Shown: positions 11,901-25,035 of the stretch, piece by piece
How the letters are laid out: each line of letters starts with the position of its first letter
Position numbering within the stretch: the first letter of the stretch is position 1
Source of the DNA: Marsupella aquatica
Taxonomy: Eukaryota; Plantae; Marchantiophyta
Assembly: GCA_973895155.1 (NCBI GenBank)
Contig: OZ316895.1
Location: 2,901,659-2,965,658 of the forward strand
Length of the DNA: 64,000 nt
Direction of reading: 5' to 3'
Notes under the pieces: generated by a model
The model's database searches: none
What the model was told of the DNA's origin: nothing
What the model saw: the letters and a program-made list of their open reading frames with translations, nothing else
Program-made: the position numbers and the translations under genes

Positions 11901-13716
11901 CTGGTAGTCTTGCCTGGTGTTGGCTTGCTGACTCGTGAGCTGCTGCTATCACGATCCTGGTTCACCTCAAAGACACAAAAGCCTGACCCAGGCAGGTTCT
12001 CTCCATTACAATCATCCGCAAACTCTTCAACCCGTGCCCATGGCGTTTCAGGAGATTCCTTCACAGAAGAAGTCAAACACTGCCCGAGTCAGACAGACCC
12101 CTAAGATACTCACAATTCCATGTCATGCCTGGCAAAATAGTATGGCAATACAGTTAAAGTTCCTTTGGAAGTAGAAACAAAATTGATTGTCCAGATAGTT
12201 GCAAAACCAGAAAATAGAGAAACTCACGGACCTTAGTCTTGTGTCCCTCCCCCAAATGCCGCTCAGGGTTTGAACGGTCAGGTGATGTAACATCGGCCAA
12301 CTCCTTCTCGAGGATGGATTCCTCAATCGCCTCCTGCCAGCTGGAATGACCACTTGATCCTGTATTGCCTCTTTCAAGAGAATGAGTGATGGAATTCTTG
12401 CCAGAGGCACGAATTGCATCGGTGAACAAACGGACCTGCGGTTGATCTGATTGTAGAGATTCAACGTCAGTATCTACAAGATAAAATTCACCTGTCGACG
12501 CATCAACCTCGACCTCATCATCACTCGCAGAGATACTACTTTTCAAGGGGCTGTGAGGACATTCAACCCAGTTGGCATGGTCCAGACTTTCTTCAAAGAT
12601 GATGCTCCCATCAACATCCCTCCCATTGATGGCTTCTGTAAAACTGCGAAACAATTCTTCCTTGGAATCTCTCCTGGTAAGTGGCGAAGAGTCATCAATT
12701 GGCTGTGACGAATCCATCTTCCCAATGGTGACCACCTCCGCTGTTTGACCTTCAGATGGAGAAATCTGGTGTTGAACCTCTTCTCCTGACTCCAACTCTG
12801 CAGTTGCCGGAGGAACCAAAGGGTTGGTATGAGAATTAAAATCTTCAAAGAAGGAATCCTCTTGCCCGGTTGTGTCAGATAAACCTTCGGAGAAATCATC
12901 TGCCGAGCCTTCATCGTCGCTGAGAGAAATAACCCCCCCACGAACTGTGCATACATACTCGCGGTCACCATCCTGCTCCTTCTGAGCGTATATTTCGCAG
13001 ATGCGGGCAGTACTGATTACGTAGATTTGATGGACATGACCAAGTCTATGCTGAAATGTAACTGCACAAAAACGAAAAACAGAAGAATTAATTTGCTGTA
13101 CGAAAGTGAGAATTCTGACCTGAACCCCAACTTCCGGTCGATGACGAGAAATCGGAGTGCAAATTATACTGGACAAAGCAGCGACATCCCCTAGGGACTC
13201 ACGTCAGGCTCTGTAGGATCGTTAAAAGGATTTCGATACTAAAACATGTGAAAATTCCGCAGGGACAAGACTTCTATTTGCGAGCTATTGCAGTTCTGTT
13301 GTTCTATCGACGAAGTTCAAGCGTATCAGCGTTCGTAACTAACTTGTGGAAGTTATAATTAATGATGTGTGCATGGATTTCTTCCGCACACAGGGTAGCT
13401 GGGAAGACACTCCCAGAGCCGGCCGGCTGCGAATTGACACCATAACAACAAAAACAACCGCCCTCCACATCCACCCTCATCAATTCATAGACGAACAACA
13501 AGAGGGCTTCGCACCTGTGAGCTCGCACGGCTCCTTCTCCGACGAATATGACGGCGGCGGCACGAGAACGAGCCTGCTCGTCGCCCCGGCTGTGTAGATG
13601 GCGTCCTCCGATTCCCCAACAACCTTCACGGATTGCTCTAGGGTACCTTCTGCAGCCAACCAGCTGCTCGTGCTGCTGCTCTCCATCGTCCCCACCTCGT
13701 CCTCCTGTTCCTCCAT
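8987..13716 (-). CDS. Large acidic protein with PAAT/C10orf88-like motifs (resembles Arabidopsis At5g47940 family); predicted exons 13716-13515, 13061-12232, 12079-8987 (~1374 aa)
   Basis: Three ORF segments join in frame through GT-AG introns (ACAG|gt...tgcag|TT; AAG|gt...ggcag|TGT). Motifs W..A.GTL...V, EPCELTV, QIYVISTARICEIY, EYVCTVRGG, VTVRLLSIKSK..V.I..VVV, and a coiled coil RLDRLEMICLRME. Family recognised from memory, not searched. Confidence 0.75.
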
Positions 13717-13981
13717 TGCTCCCTGTCCGAAATCCTCCCGTCCAGTCCAGTGATTTCGCTTATGACAGACCCCTCACTCCCTCTCTGCCTCCTCTTCCCC
13801 TCCCTCCTCTTCCCCTCCCTCCTACCTCCGTCTCTCCTTCTGCCTCCGTGTCGTCTTCGCCTTTTTGCCTTCCTCGTTACGTGTGTTGCGTACTCCGTTA
13901 TATTCCCGTCTCCTCTCCCTCATACACCGCCCTGTAATCCATCACAAGGGAAACTAAACCTTCGATTAACAGGTTCTGCAT

Positions 13982-14170
13982 CTCACCGTAATCACCGCCT
14001 CGTCTCAAACTCTCGAAACCTTCAATTCCATCGACGACACATTGATTGATCAAAGAGAAGATAAGGCATCTTGAAGGTTGCGCGCCTCACCGGAATCACC
14101 GTCTCGCCTCGGCTTGCGAAATCTTCGATTGCATCAATAAGAAATTCATCGATCAAAGAGAGGATAAGGC
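13982..14170. repeat. Imperfect ~105-bp tandem duplication upstream of the PAAT-like gene
   Basis: ctcaccg(t/g)aatcaccg...gatcaaagag(a/ag)gataaggca occurs twice (~13982-14068 and ~14086-14170). Confidence 0.75.
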
Positions 14171-17100
14171 AACTGACACGGAGAACGAGATTATGTCAAA
14201 CAATCCCCGAGCGATGTCAACTCAGCCGTAAGAGAGCCGCCCTCCCGCAGACGCCGGTGTCAAAGAAGGTGGTCGACCATCACTACCGTAGTGTGCACTC
14301 CGCTCTCGTTTCCTGGACTTTCCCTCTTCTCTACAAGGCAGTGAGTGACCTCTCTCTAACTGCACACTCTGTGGAAGAAGCCTCCGGTGTGCACTTAATG
14401 GGGGTTTGCACTACCTCATAAGCGCAAACACTTAGCATTTGCATTTATCGATAAGAGGTATCGACATGTGGGTGGCCCATACATTTGTGGCCCTTTAATC
14501 TCTCTGAACTGTCTATGGTGCTGTGGCTACTCCTGCATGTGTTTTATTGAGGCATCTCAAATATTGAAAAAAAAACCAACTCACTAGTGCTTGCAATGCA
14601 CTCAGGCGCACGAAAACTGGTACAGCCAGGCAGTGATATTTTCAATCTCTCAGATTTGAGAGGGGTCACAGCAGTGTGCTAAAATTGCAAGGTCAGTCAA
14701 TGAACTCACTAAAATTGGGTCATTTCCTTGTAGCAGTCAGCCATCAGTTTTGGTCACGACTCTTGGGCCTCACATTCGGTGCCCGAACAGTCGTTCCCAC
14801 TGCCCCGGGTCACAACACTCTCAGATGATGTCACATGCAAAATTCATTGTATTTGAGACGCCCTATTTAGTTTCAAAGGTCGTTACCATAAGGGCCAGAA
14901 CATTTGCAAACTTTGCCCTTGGACTTTTACTGAACAAGCCAGAGGAGACAGTTCAGGCACAAACTTCTCCTGCAATGAAGACTTAATACGCTGCTATACA
15001 CCTCTAACAGTGTCGATCTGGGCCTTGTGTCAGCAGACACTCTAGTGACTTCCTTCCTAGATTGTATATCCTGCCCTAAACCCAAACCCTGCCTTGAATG
15101 TAAATTTTAGTCTATGTAAAAAATGACTTGCGCTTATCAATAGTTGTATGGAAGGACTTGTGCCTTTACCCATAAATTTGCATAAACCTTTACAGAGGGT
15201 TTGCAATTATGTATTTGTCCTTCAGTGTCTTTGCACTTCCAGAAAGTGCAAAGAATGTGAAAAGTGGACAGAAAAAAATTGAGGAAGGGATATCTTGCAA
15301 TTATCCAGGTTTTGCAGTTATGTAGTGTGCACTTAGGGATAGGTCACTGTACTATACTTCGTAGCACAAGTCTCGTTCTGGTCCTAATTATAAGCGGGCT
15401 ATTTGACGGTACCTAAACCTAGATTAGCAGATTCGGCTTTCCCAATACACGGTAATGACAGCTTTTGCAGGGAAATTGGCTCAACAGAGCATCAGATTCT
15501 TTGGTGATTAGCAATGTGGATAGATACGGGCTTAATTAGTTCGCATTAATCTCTGTCTTTCCTTTCATCTCCCACCTCTAATTACACTCACAGTGCTTAC
15601 AGAAAGTAACAACTAATATTGATTAATCCTGATTAAGGGAGTTGTTTAGAAAGAAACCCCGATGGACCACAATGTTTGACCAATTGGACCACCGTAAATC
15701 TGTAGACCAGTTTCAAATAGCCATTATTTTGTGACATGATCTCATTTTTACTTCTTAGGAGCTGTTCTAATACACATTGTGGTCCATACCATTTTTGAGG
15801 TTGTTTGGACGTGATCAGGGGAGGGGGAATAAAACTCCTTAAAACTTAGAACCTGGGTTTTACTAGAGTGAGCATTATTACAAACCTAACCTCAAAACCA
15901 TTTATTTACTATTATGACACCCAAAATGTATCGGGTTTGTTTCACCAATATCCGTGCACACGGGAGCATCTCATTGGCTCTCAGCTAACTAGCAGGGTTA
16001 GCCTAACTCAGCAACGCTCCCCTCTCCACACACCCTTGCCAACATATTGCCGAGTTCTCAGTCCTGACCACCTGTCACACCAGTGGAGGCTTTCTTTGGG
16101 TCCAGTCACCCCCCCCCTACCCCTCCATGCCACCCCTTTTGCAAATCCCCCTGGATGTTGGGAATGAATCTGGACCCCAGAAACAAGGGAGGGTGACCCC
16201 CTCCTCAGGTGCACCACTGCAGAAGGGTTACACTTTCAGTTCGGTTTGAAAGGAGCCGGTGGGTGACATGGGCAAATGGATAAAGACTCTAAAAGTCCAG
16301 AAACTTGGGCAAGAACAATTTGGAGGGTGATGCCGTGTGATAGGACAAAAAGAACAAACAGAAACCTCCTATCGTCTCCTGGCCACTCTTGTTAGGGCTT
16401 GCTTGCTTGGTCCACCGGTTGGGACCACTCCTGCCTTTGGAGTTTTCGTGACTCTTGGTTTGGCACTTTCACATGTAACTTACTTGGAAGAACTCACGAC
16501 ACCTGAGCTGAGCACAAGTTTGCCATCGAACCTTTCTTTTGCCACTTTTACTGCTAAAGGATCAGAAACTTTACGCAAAAATTCTCCTCCTCACAAACAA
16601 ATTTTGTAACTGAGACGTCTTATGACGTTACAGTCAGGCTAGCTTGCCAGTGACTATGGTTAATTTTTTGTTTTGCATGGGGGAATGAATGGGGAGCAAA
16701 TGTAACTAAATCAGACTTTATTATGATGGTTACAAAACTAGACCACAAAAAAGAGAAGAAAAAAAAAACCTAGACCGCAGTGCTTACGTTACTGCAAATT
16801 ATGCAATTCCAAAGCTTATTCACATTTTTAAGATACAAACCTAGTTTAGTTTGCTAGGAGCCTGGCCATGACGAAAGAGCTGGTAAGAGGAACCAAGGGT
16901 GAAGGGATCCCTTATATCGAAGGAACCCTGGGCATGAAGTGCATGGTTCAGAAGCTTTACAGATAGGCTGTTGGGACACAAAGGAACTGTATATGGAAAT
17001 TTCAAAGGCACGGTCAAAGGGCAAGATAGGGATGTGTAAAAAGGAATGACTTGTAAAAACCTCTCTATCAGTATTGGAGGGTTTCTTGTTTTGTTGAGGA

Positions 17101-19319
17101 GGGGAGGGGGCCGAGTAGGGGGATAATAGGAGGGTTTTGGTACCGTGATAGAGTTCGTTCTCCTAATAATCACCCCCCTGCTTGTGGATGAAATGACACA
17201 ACCATAACTAGCACGAGCGAGCATGAGAAAGGGATACAAAAATTCGCATCACTTCCCCAATTGAGTACATTGGGAGCTTCGTCTTTTGGAGGTTCGTGCC
17301 TTTCCAGTGCCTCCTTTTTCCAAATTGAGAATGCTAACCTGACAAGGATGATATTTCTCCTCCACGAAATCTTCTAAAGTAAGCATACCTAGCCAGCTTG
17401 TCTTAGGGGACGAAGATTCGCAGCAACACTTGGACTAGAGGATCAGAGAATCATTACACAATTAGGATCACCAAGTCATGACAGAAAGAATCAACAGACA
17501 ACTAGTAAAATATTACTGTACTGTAGTTTCTTTACATGCACTGTGTGGATTCTGTTGAAGAATGTTGTCTGCTCATTTTCGGTTCCCAATCCAAATCTCC
17601 ACCTGGTCCCAAATCTCCACCTGACCTTCAGTGCCCTTTCGATAAGGTTCAGGAGTATTGTAACTTGACTACGTACTTAGTTTTAATAATGCGAAGAAAG
17701 AATGTTAAGCCTACTCCGTAATTCTAGTCAAAGTGACTGTTTAATGTACCCATTAATCGTCAACACAAATGCTTAATCAACCCCCTCAAAAAGTTTAAAG
17801 TATGATAGACCCCCAACTTTTAAGGCCCAATTCACATGTCCTTGGCCCTTTCTTTTCCAGCCTATCAAACTGAAAGACGTCATCATACAATTAGGCTGCC
17901 ATGCCATAAGCCCCTCAGATAGGCAGGCCTGATGGCCTTCAGAAAGGCCCTCAGTAATGGGAGCCTTTGGTGATAGCACTGCCTGTGCCTTTCCTGCCTA
18001 AATATGTGACACCAGAGAAAACCCACTGAACACCCCCAAATCTTGAAGACATATTTGGAACACGTACACAAATCTAGTGGCAAAACTCCACTAAATTGAA
18101 AAGACTGCCTATGTTCCACCTCAACCAACCAATCCAACTCTTCCAGCCACCTGTTTGCCCCCCTTTGATTGCCTTGATGAAAGACAAGCCACACGAATCC
18201 TATCCAGTATGACAAAGTAATGCCCCAACACCGGCTTCCTCCCCGCCCGACTTACCTGCAAAGGCAGGCCTGATGACAGGGCCACCCATTCCATCCCTTT
18301 TCCGGCCAGGTACTCCCCAACTCGTCATAACGGGAGTGAGTTCCAAACTAAGATGGATACAGTTATATTGCATGGGACCGTGTACAAATCCAAGTGGGAT
18401 ACTAGAACATCTCAAAACTGACAATTTGATGAACCTTAACTCCTTAGTCATGGGTTAAGGACACAAGGAGTTACAGCTCACAAAATTCATAGTCCATAAC
18501 TTTGTGCCTTAAGGATTGTTCTTATGCCCTTACCATTAGTCACTTTAGAGGCTGGTGAAAAAAAAACCAAAAAAACTACATAACCTTGTGAAAAAGTTAT
18601 GACCATTTCATTAGGGCTGAATGCCGTCATCCATAATTTCACAGTTTTGGCCCTATTAATCACGTTGTCCCAAAAACATGTATTCGTTGCCTCAAATAGA
18701 GCTGTAAACTAGTTCAATAAATGATGGACTCGCATGTATTGTCCATGATGCCCCCATGACTAACCTTTATGACCTGTACCAAAATGTCTGAAGCTCTTCG
18801 TCACCTGAAGCCCTTGGCAGGACAGCCCGGCTAATTATAACTTCTTGGTTCATTTGGACTGAACTTTAGATGTTGTGTGTTAGGATAGGTTGATCCCACC
18901 CTCCTGTGAAGCATGCTACTTTGTACCCAATAGACAGTCAGCTAATTGGTGATGTGACACACATTTTTGTTTTGATTTGAGTTGGTGGGGTTGCCCTGTT
19001 TCCAGTGGTCACTGGGCCCTTAAGTCTCTGACTCTCTATGTGTGGCCTTTTTGGGTCATTTTCCCTTGACAGGCCTCCCATGCCGGCTGGTTCCCCCAAT
19101 CATGGGGTCTATGTGGAATAAAATAGTAATTAAAAAAACATTTAAAAAACTATTTACGTGTTGTATTGAAAATGAAAAATGACCTATAAATGCCAGACAA
19201 CCAGTGGTATATGATTTTCAATTGGCCCATGTGGTCACTCTGTCCTGAAGTCAAAACAATGTTTAGATATTTACTCTTAGGTCTAGAGTTTCTAAATGTA
19301 GGCATGTGCTTGGCTAAGG

Positions 19320-19556
19320 CTGGGGGGTCACTATATGAAAGGTCATACATCACGTGCGACGGTTTGGGTCATTTATGACCCCCCTAAGTCACTTTCTGTA
19401 AAATTGTACGACACCAATGATATGATGACATTTATGCATTTTGTAATTAAACAACCCTATGTTTCCATTGAAGATTTAATAAGTCTTCTGCCAAAACCAT
19501 TTAAGTGACCATATACTTCGTCGCACGTGTATAGGGAAGTGACACCCCCCCCCGAG
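19320..19556. mobile_element. MITE, CTCGGGGG-terminus family, copy 3
   Basis: ctggggggtcactatatg...catcacgtgcgacg at the 5' end and cgtcgcacgtg...gaagtgacacccccccccgag at the 3' end. Exact 8-bp TSD ggctaagg at 19312-19319 and 19557-19564. Confidence 0.9.
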
Positions 19557-20217
19557 GGCTAAGGTTAATTAGATGTGCCACTACTATATACACTAGCAGG
19601 ATTTTGCTAGTGAGTGGAAATTAGGCTCATTATTACGGAGCCAATTGGAAGATAGGAGGAGCTTAGTCTATGGACACTTGATATGATTGGCCGACAGACT
19701 TAAATTTCAGTGAAGCTCTTTGTGTGTTCCTGTGAACTTAGTCTCTGATGAAGTGAACCATGTATCTCCTGTGTCGACTCTTGTATGTGGTGGATGTTGC
19801 ATATGTGCATGTTGTCTTATGAGTGACAATAGTTTTGCTCAACAAGCACAAAGTCTTCAAGTCACAAGTACTTTGGGGCATTTTCCAAAAACCTGACTTG
19901 ATTTCTTAACTTGTTATTAAAGTGGGTTATCAAGTTATCAATTAATTGCTCTGGACAAAAATGTCACTTCTGAATTTCTGGAGTAGTGGGATGATGTCTT
20001 GACGTCTTCCAGAACTAAGGCCGTCAAAGGCCATCTAAGTTGTCACCAAGTTGCAAGTATTGAGGATGTTTCCAACGCCTGACTTCAAGTCTTTTTGCCT
20101 TGAAAAACCAAACGGAATCCATTCAAATGGCCAGAATACAAAATGGGGGCCCCAAAAAAGGAGCAACCGCCCAATGGGACCAAAAGGTCAAAGTGCCACG
20201 GCTAGGAGAGCCGGTAC

Positions 20218-20561
20218 TGTTGAGCATAGACGACATTCGTAACGGCAAGCCCATGAACCATCCAACGCACAATAGTCGACACAGAGAGATACGTGGTTCA
20301 CCTCCACATGAGCCTACGTCCACGGGAACACACAAGAGCTTTACTGCACTCTAGGCCGACCGGCCATACCAAGCATCCACAGCATAAGCTCTCCCTATCT
20401 CTCAACTAGCTCCGTAACAATGAGCCTAAGTTCCACCAGGGTCTGGCATTAGCCCTGGCTATATGCACAACAGCACTGCCGCTAACCTTAGCTAGGTCCT
20501 AACCCGAGTTAGCCTAACTGTGGTTAGCACAAGAGTCACAAGACTAGAGCAATATCTAACA
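20218..20561 (-). repeat. 3' LTR of the copia element (344 bp)
   Basis: tgttgagcatag...atatctaaca; 5 substitutions versus the other LTR by eye. Confidence 0.95.
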
Positions 20562-20768
20562 AACTCCCCCTTGACTCTTGTCTTAGGGACTGGACTAAAT
20601 GCTACCATATGGAATCCTCAACGGGAAGTTCTAGACAATCACCAAACCAGGTCTCCCCCTAAAAACCACAAGGGTTAACTAAGGGTTAACTAGAACTAAG
20701 CCGTAGCCTAACAGGAATGAGTAATCCATATACAAATAGTCACACATTGCTAAATAACTCTACTTGCA

Positions 20769-23700
20769 CTACAACTGCAAAACCTGCAAAGTAGCACGGT
20801 ATCTTGAGAAACTCTCCAAAGGAATCACTTTGGTAAAAGCATCAGCGGGATTGAGCTTTCCATCAATCTTGACTAGCTCAAAAGTTTTATCAGACACTAC
20901 TTGCCTGATAAAATGGTACCTGATATCAATGTGCTTCACCCTACTATCCATCACCTGGTTAGCAGCCAAGTGAAGAGCACTCTGACTATCACAGTTTAGA
21001 GTCATTTTTCCATGCTCTAAACCCATCTCCGCGATCAACTTATCCAACCAAATTGCTTCCTTTGCTGCTTCTACTGCTACAACATACTCTGCTTCTGTAG
21101 TAGACTGAGATATACACTTCTGCAAGGTAGATTTCCAACTGATACATCCTCCTCCAAGAGTGTATACAAACCCAGTTGTAGACCTCCTTGTATCCAGACA
21201 GCCTCCATAGTCAGAATCTACATAGCCAACTAACGTTCTATCTGATCTGTTATCAAATAGTAATCCATAGTCCTGTGTTCCCCTCACATACCTGAGACTC
21301 CATTTCACAGCTTCCCAATGTACCTTCCCTGGATTTGACATGAATCTGCTGACCTTGCCCATCGCTAGGGCCAAGTCAGGCCTAGTACAAGTCATCAAAT
21401 ACATCAGACTGCCTACTACCTTCTCATAAGGAATCTTAGCCATCAGACCTTTCTCCACAACATCCGTACGAGAGAAAGCCGATGATAACTTGAAATGTGA
21501 AGCTAAAGGAATACTCACTGGCTTACAATTTTCCATGTCGAATCCTGCAAGTATTTTCCTCGCTTACTGGCCTTGACTCAAGCACAACTGTCCAGTCTCA
21601 AAGTTCCTAAAAATCTCCATCCCTAAGATTCTCTTGGCCTTACCAAGATTCTTCATCCTGAATTCAGCACTCAATTTTGCCTTGAGACTGTCAACCTCAG
21701 ATTGATCTTTAGCCACAATCAACATGTCATTCACATAGATAACTAGAATGATGAAACCAAATACATCATTCTTGATTGATTTTGTATACCCACAAGGATC
21801 ATACACCATCCTTGTAAAACCTTGAGCAAGCATGAAATCATCAAACCGCTTATTCCATTGTTTGGGAGACTGCTTCAATCCATACAAGGACTTGAGCAAT
21901 GTGCAAACTAAGTTCTCTTGGCCCTTCTTCATAAAGCCTAGTGGCTGTCTCATGAAGATCATCTCTTCCAAGTTGCCATAGAGAAAAGCAACATCCATCT
22001 GATCCATCACCAGACCAAAAAACATAACAAGTTGACACAAGATCCGAATTGTGAAATACTTAGCAACCGGTGAAAAGACCTCATTGTAATCCACTCCTTT
22101 CTCCTGAGTGAATCCCTTGGCAACAAGCCTTGCCTTGTAGATCTTGTCTCCACCCTCTGAAGGACTATCCTTCAACTTGTAAATCCACTTGCTGTCCACT
22201 ACTTGCTGACCTCTTGGAAGCTCCACCAGCTCCCATGTCTTGTTGTCATTCAAAGATTGCAACTCCCTCTGCATTGCTGCATTCCACTCATGCTTCTGTT
22301 CTGAAGCACAAGCCTCACTATACGAAGAAGGCTCTCCTTCTTCCAAGATCAAAGCCATATCATCTTCATCAAATGCAATGTCAATATCATCTAGTTTAGA
22401 TGAGTCTGCCCATTGACCATACCTGGTAGGAGCTCTAGTAGAACGACTGGAAGTTCTTCTAGTAGATGACTCAGGCTGATCTGTTGCTGCTGCTGGTTGA
22501 ATTTGAGGTACCCCAGCAACAATTTGTTCTTCTTGTTCCATCATAGGAACCAGCTCCAAGCCCGGAGCTTCTCCATCTCTCCTGTCATGAACTGCATCAT
22601 GACTAATCTCCCCCTCAACCCGGTCCGGGATGGGAGATTTCCCCTTGTCAGTATGGGAGTCCTGAGAACTCTCCCCCTCCTTTGATGATCTGGATTCATT
22701 AAAGGACACATCTTTACTGACAATTAGCTTACAGGTTACTGGATCCCATAACCTATAACCTTTCATACCTTTTTGATAACCAAGGAAAATGCACTTCTTC
22801 GACTTGGACTCCAGCTTGGATCGAAGCTGGGAAGGTGTAAGCACATAAGCATCACATCCAAAAATCCTCAGATGTGAGTAATCTGTTGGACGCCCGTACC
22901 TCATTTCAAATGACGTCTTGAATCCAATAGAACTGGATGGAGAAAAATTTACCAAATAAGCTGTAGTGTTGACAGCTTCAGCCCAAAACTCATGTGGTAA
23001 GCATGATTGACTCAACATACTCCTCGAGCGGTCCAATAGTGTTCGGTTGAGTCTCTTAAAAACACCATTCTACTGAGGAGTATAACTTGTTGTGAGATGG
23101 CGGGTAATCCCCTGCTCCTTACAATACGTTCCAAATTCCCCGAAACTGTATTCACCGTCGTTATCCGATCGAAGATATCTCACCTTATTACCAGTCTGAT
23201 TCTCAACTTGGGCTTTCCACTCCTTTAAAGTGGGAAAAACATCAGACTTATTGTGTAGAAAGTGTATCCACACATACCTTGAGTAATCGTCTATGAACGT
23301 GACATAGTATAACCGTCCAGAATGTGAGAGAGTAGGGGCTGGACCCCACACATCACTATGTACATACTCAAGTACCTCTGCTGGTGTGAGTTCCAACTCT
23401 GAAGGGTTTCCTGTGCTACTTCCCTAGCACACAGTGCTCACAAAATTCCAACTTACAAGATTGCAAATTAGAAAGTAATTCTTTCTTCTGAAGAATAACC
23501 AAACCTTTTTTCACTCATGTGGCCCAAACGGAAGTGCCACAGCCGGGCCGTCTCCTCATGAGATAAGGTTACATTGGCTTCATCACAAACTACACTGCCC
23601 TCCAAAATGTATAGATTGCTATATCTCTTTCCCTTCAATACAACTTTAGTACCAGTTGAAAACTGAAGGACACCATTAGCAGAGCTCCACTGATGGCCAT

Positions 23701-25035
23701 TTGCTTCTAAAACTCCAAGTGAAATGAGATTTTTCATCATGCTGGGAATATGTCTCACATTCCTCAACGTTCTCACAACACCATCAAACATCTGAAATCT
23801 TACAGATCCAAGTCCAACAACTTGACATGGGATTCCATTTCCCATCAACACTGACCCGTTGGAAACCGTGTAAGAACTGAAACAATCTCTCCTAGAGCAA
23901 ATGTAAAAAGTACATGCACTATCTAGAATCCAGTCATCACTACCTAGATTTGACACTACGTTGAGAGCATAACCTTGACATCACAATATGTCATCATCAT
24001 CGAGTAAATCTACCTCATGCGAGCTCGATGTCGCATTAGCAGAGGCAGTAGGGACCTTTACTCGACAATCCCTTTTCATGTGGCCAGGCTTGCCACAATT
24101 CTAACATGCAAGAGGCTTCCTCTCTTGCGATTTTCCTCTGGATTTAGATCTCCCCCGTGATGTAGATCTAAACCTGTTCTGCCCATTCGTGCGCTGCGCT
24201 GCTCTTCCCCTGTTCACATTCAGCGCAGTGCCAGAAAAAGATGTTGTCTGTGATTGACCCAGCTTCTTCTAAGCATCATCAGATAATAATGAACTCACCA
24301 CCTCATTATACAAAATGGACTTCAAATCTCTGTACAAGAGCAGCTGTTTCAAGCCCAGATAAGACGGCGGTAAGGAGCTTAGCAGAAGCAAGGCCTTATC
24401 CTCATCTTCAACTCTTTTTCCCAGGTTTGATAAATCCACCGCTAGACTGTCAAATTCATCCAGGTGATCCTGCATCTTGCTCCCTTCCTTGAGCCTAAGG
24501 CTCATCAAGAGAGACTTCTTGTATAGCCGGTCTGACGCATCTTCCCGGTAGTACTTCTCTCTTAGAGCCTTGAACAGTGACGTGCAATCTGCATAATCAT
24601 CCAGTTGCTTGATGATGTGCGGCTTGAAATATAGCATTGACAGCAATCACCTGCTCCTGTCTCCACTATCTCAAAGAAATCTCCTCCTCTCCATCATACT
24701 GCTCTCGCGAAGAGAGCATGAGCCAAGCCCATGGCCCGTAGAACACCCTTCACTTGCTTCTCCCACAACAAGTAATCAGTACGACCATCGTACTTCTCCA
24801 CCTCAAACTTTACTCCTCCGAATCTAGCCATCTCCCTCTTCTTCCCTACTACCGACAGCTCTGGTAGTAACACAGCTTCCTCCACTGCACGCCGCACCGG
24901 TGATCGTACCGGTGTCACTAGTTCCTCCTCAAACGGTAGCAGCTCCTCCTCAGACTCACCGTCTGATCGTCGCGATCCTGAAGCTCCACCGACACCAATT
25001 CTTCCAGTATCCTCCGAGTCACTCATATGAAACAA
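20769..25035 (-). pseudogene. Copia gag-pol, fragmented into at least 6 ORF pieces
   Basis: ORFs 24694-25035, 24269-24646, 23468-23956, 23070-23396, 21564-23036 and 20769-21536 are colinear polyprotein parts separated by stops or frameshifts. The zinc knuckle has a TAG in C*NCGKPGHMKRDC, and the RT YVDD motif reads YVND. Confidence 0.93.

Noticed and set aside
15870-18460. Short ORFs and coding-like minus-strand fragments
   Set aside because: Probably decayed TE sequence, but I could not identify any diagnostic motif, TIR, LTR or TSD.
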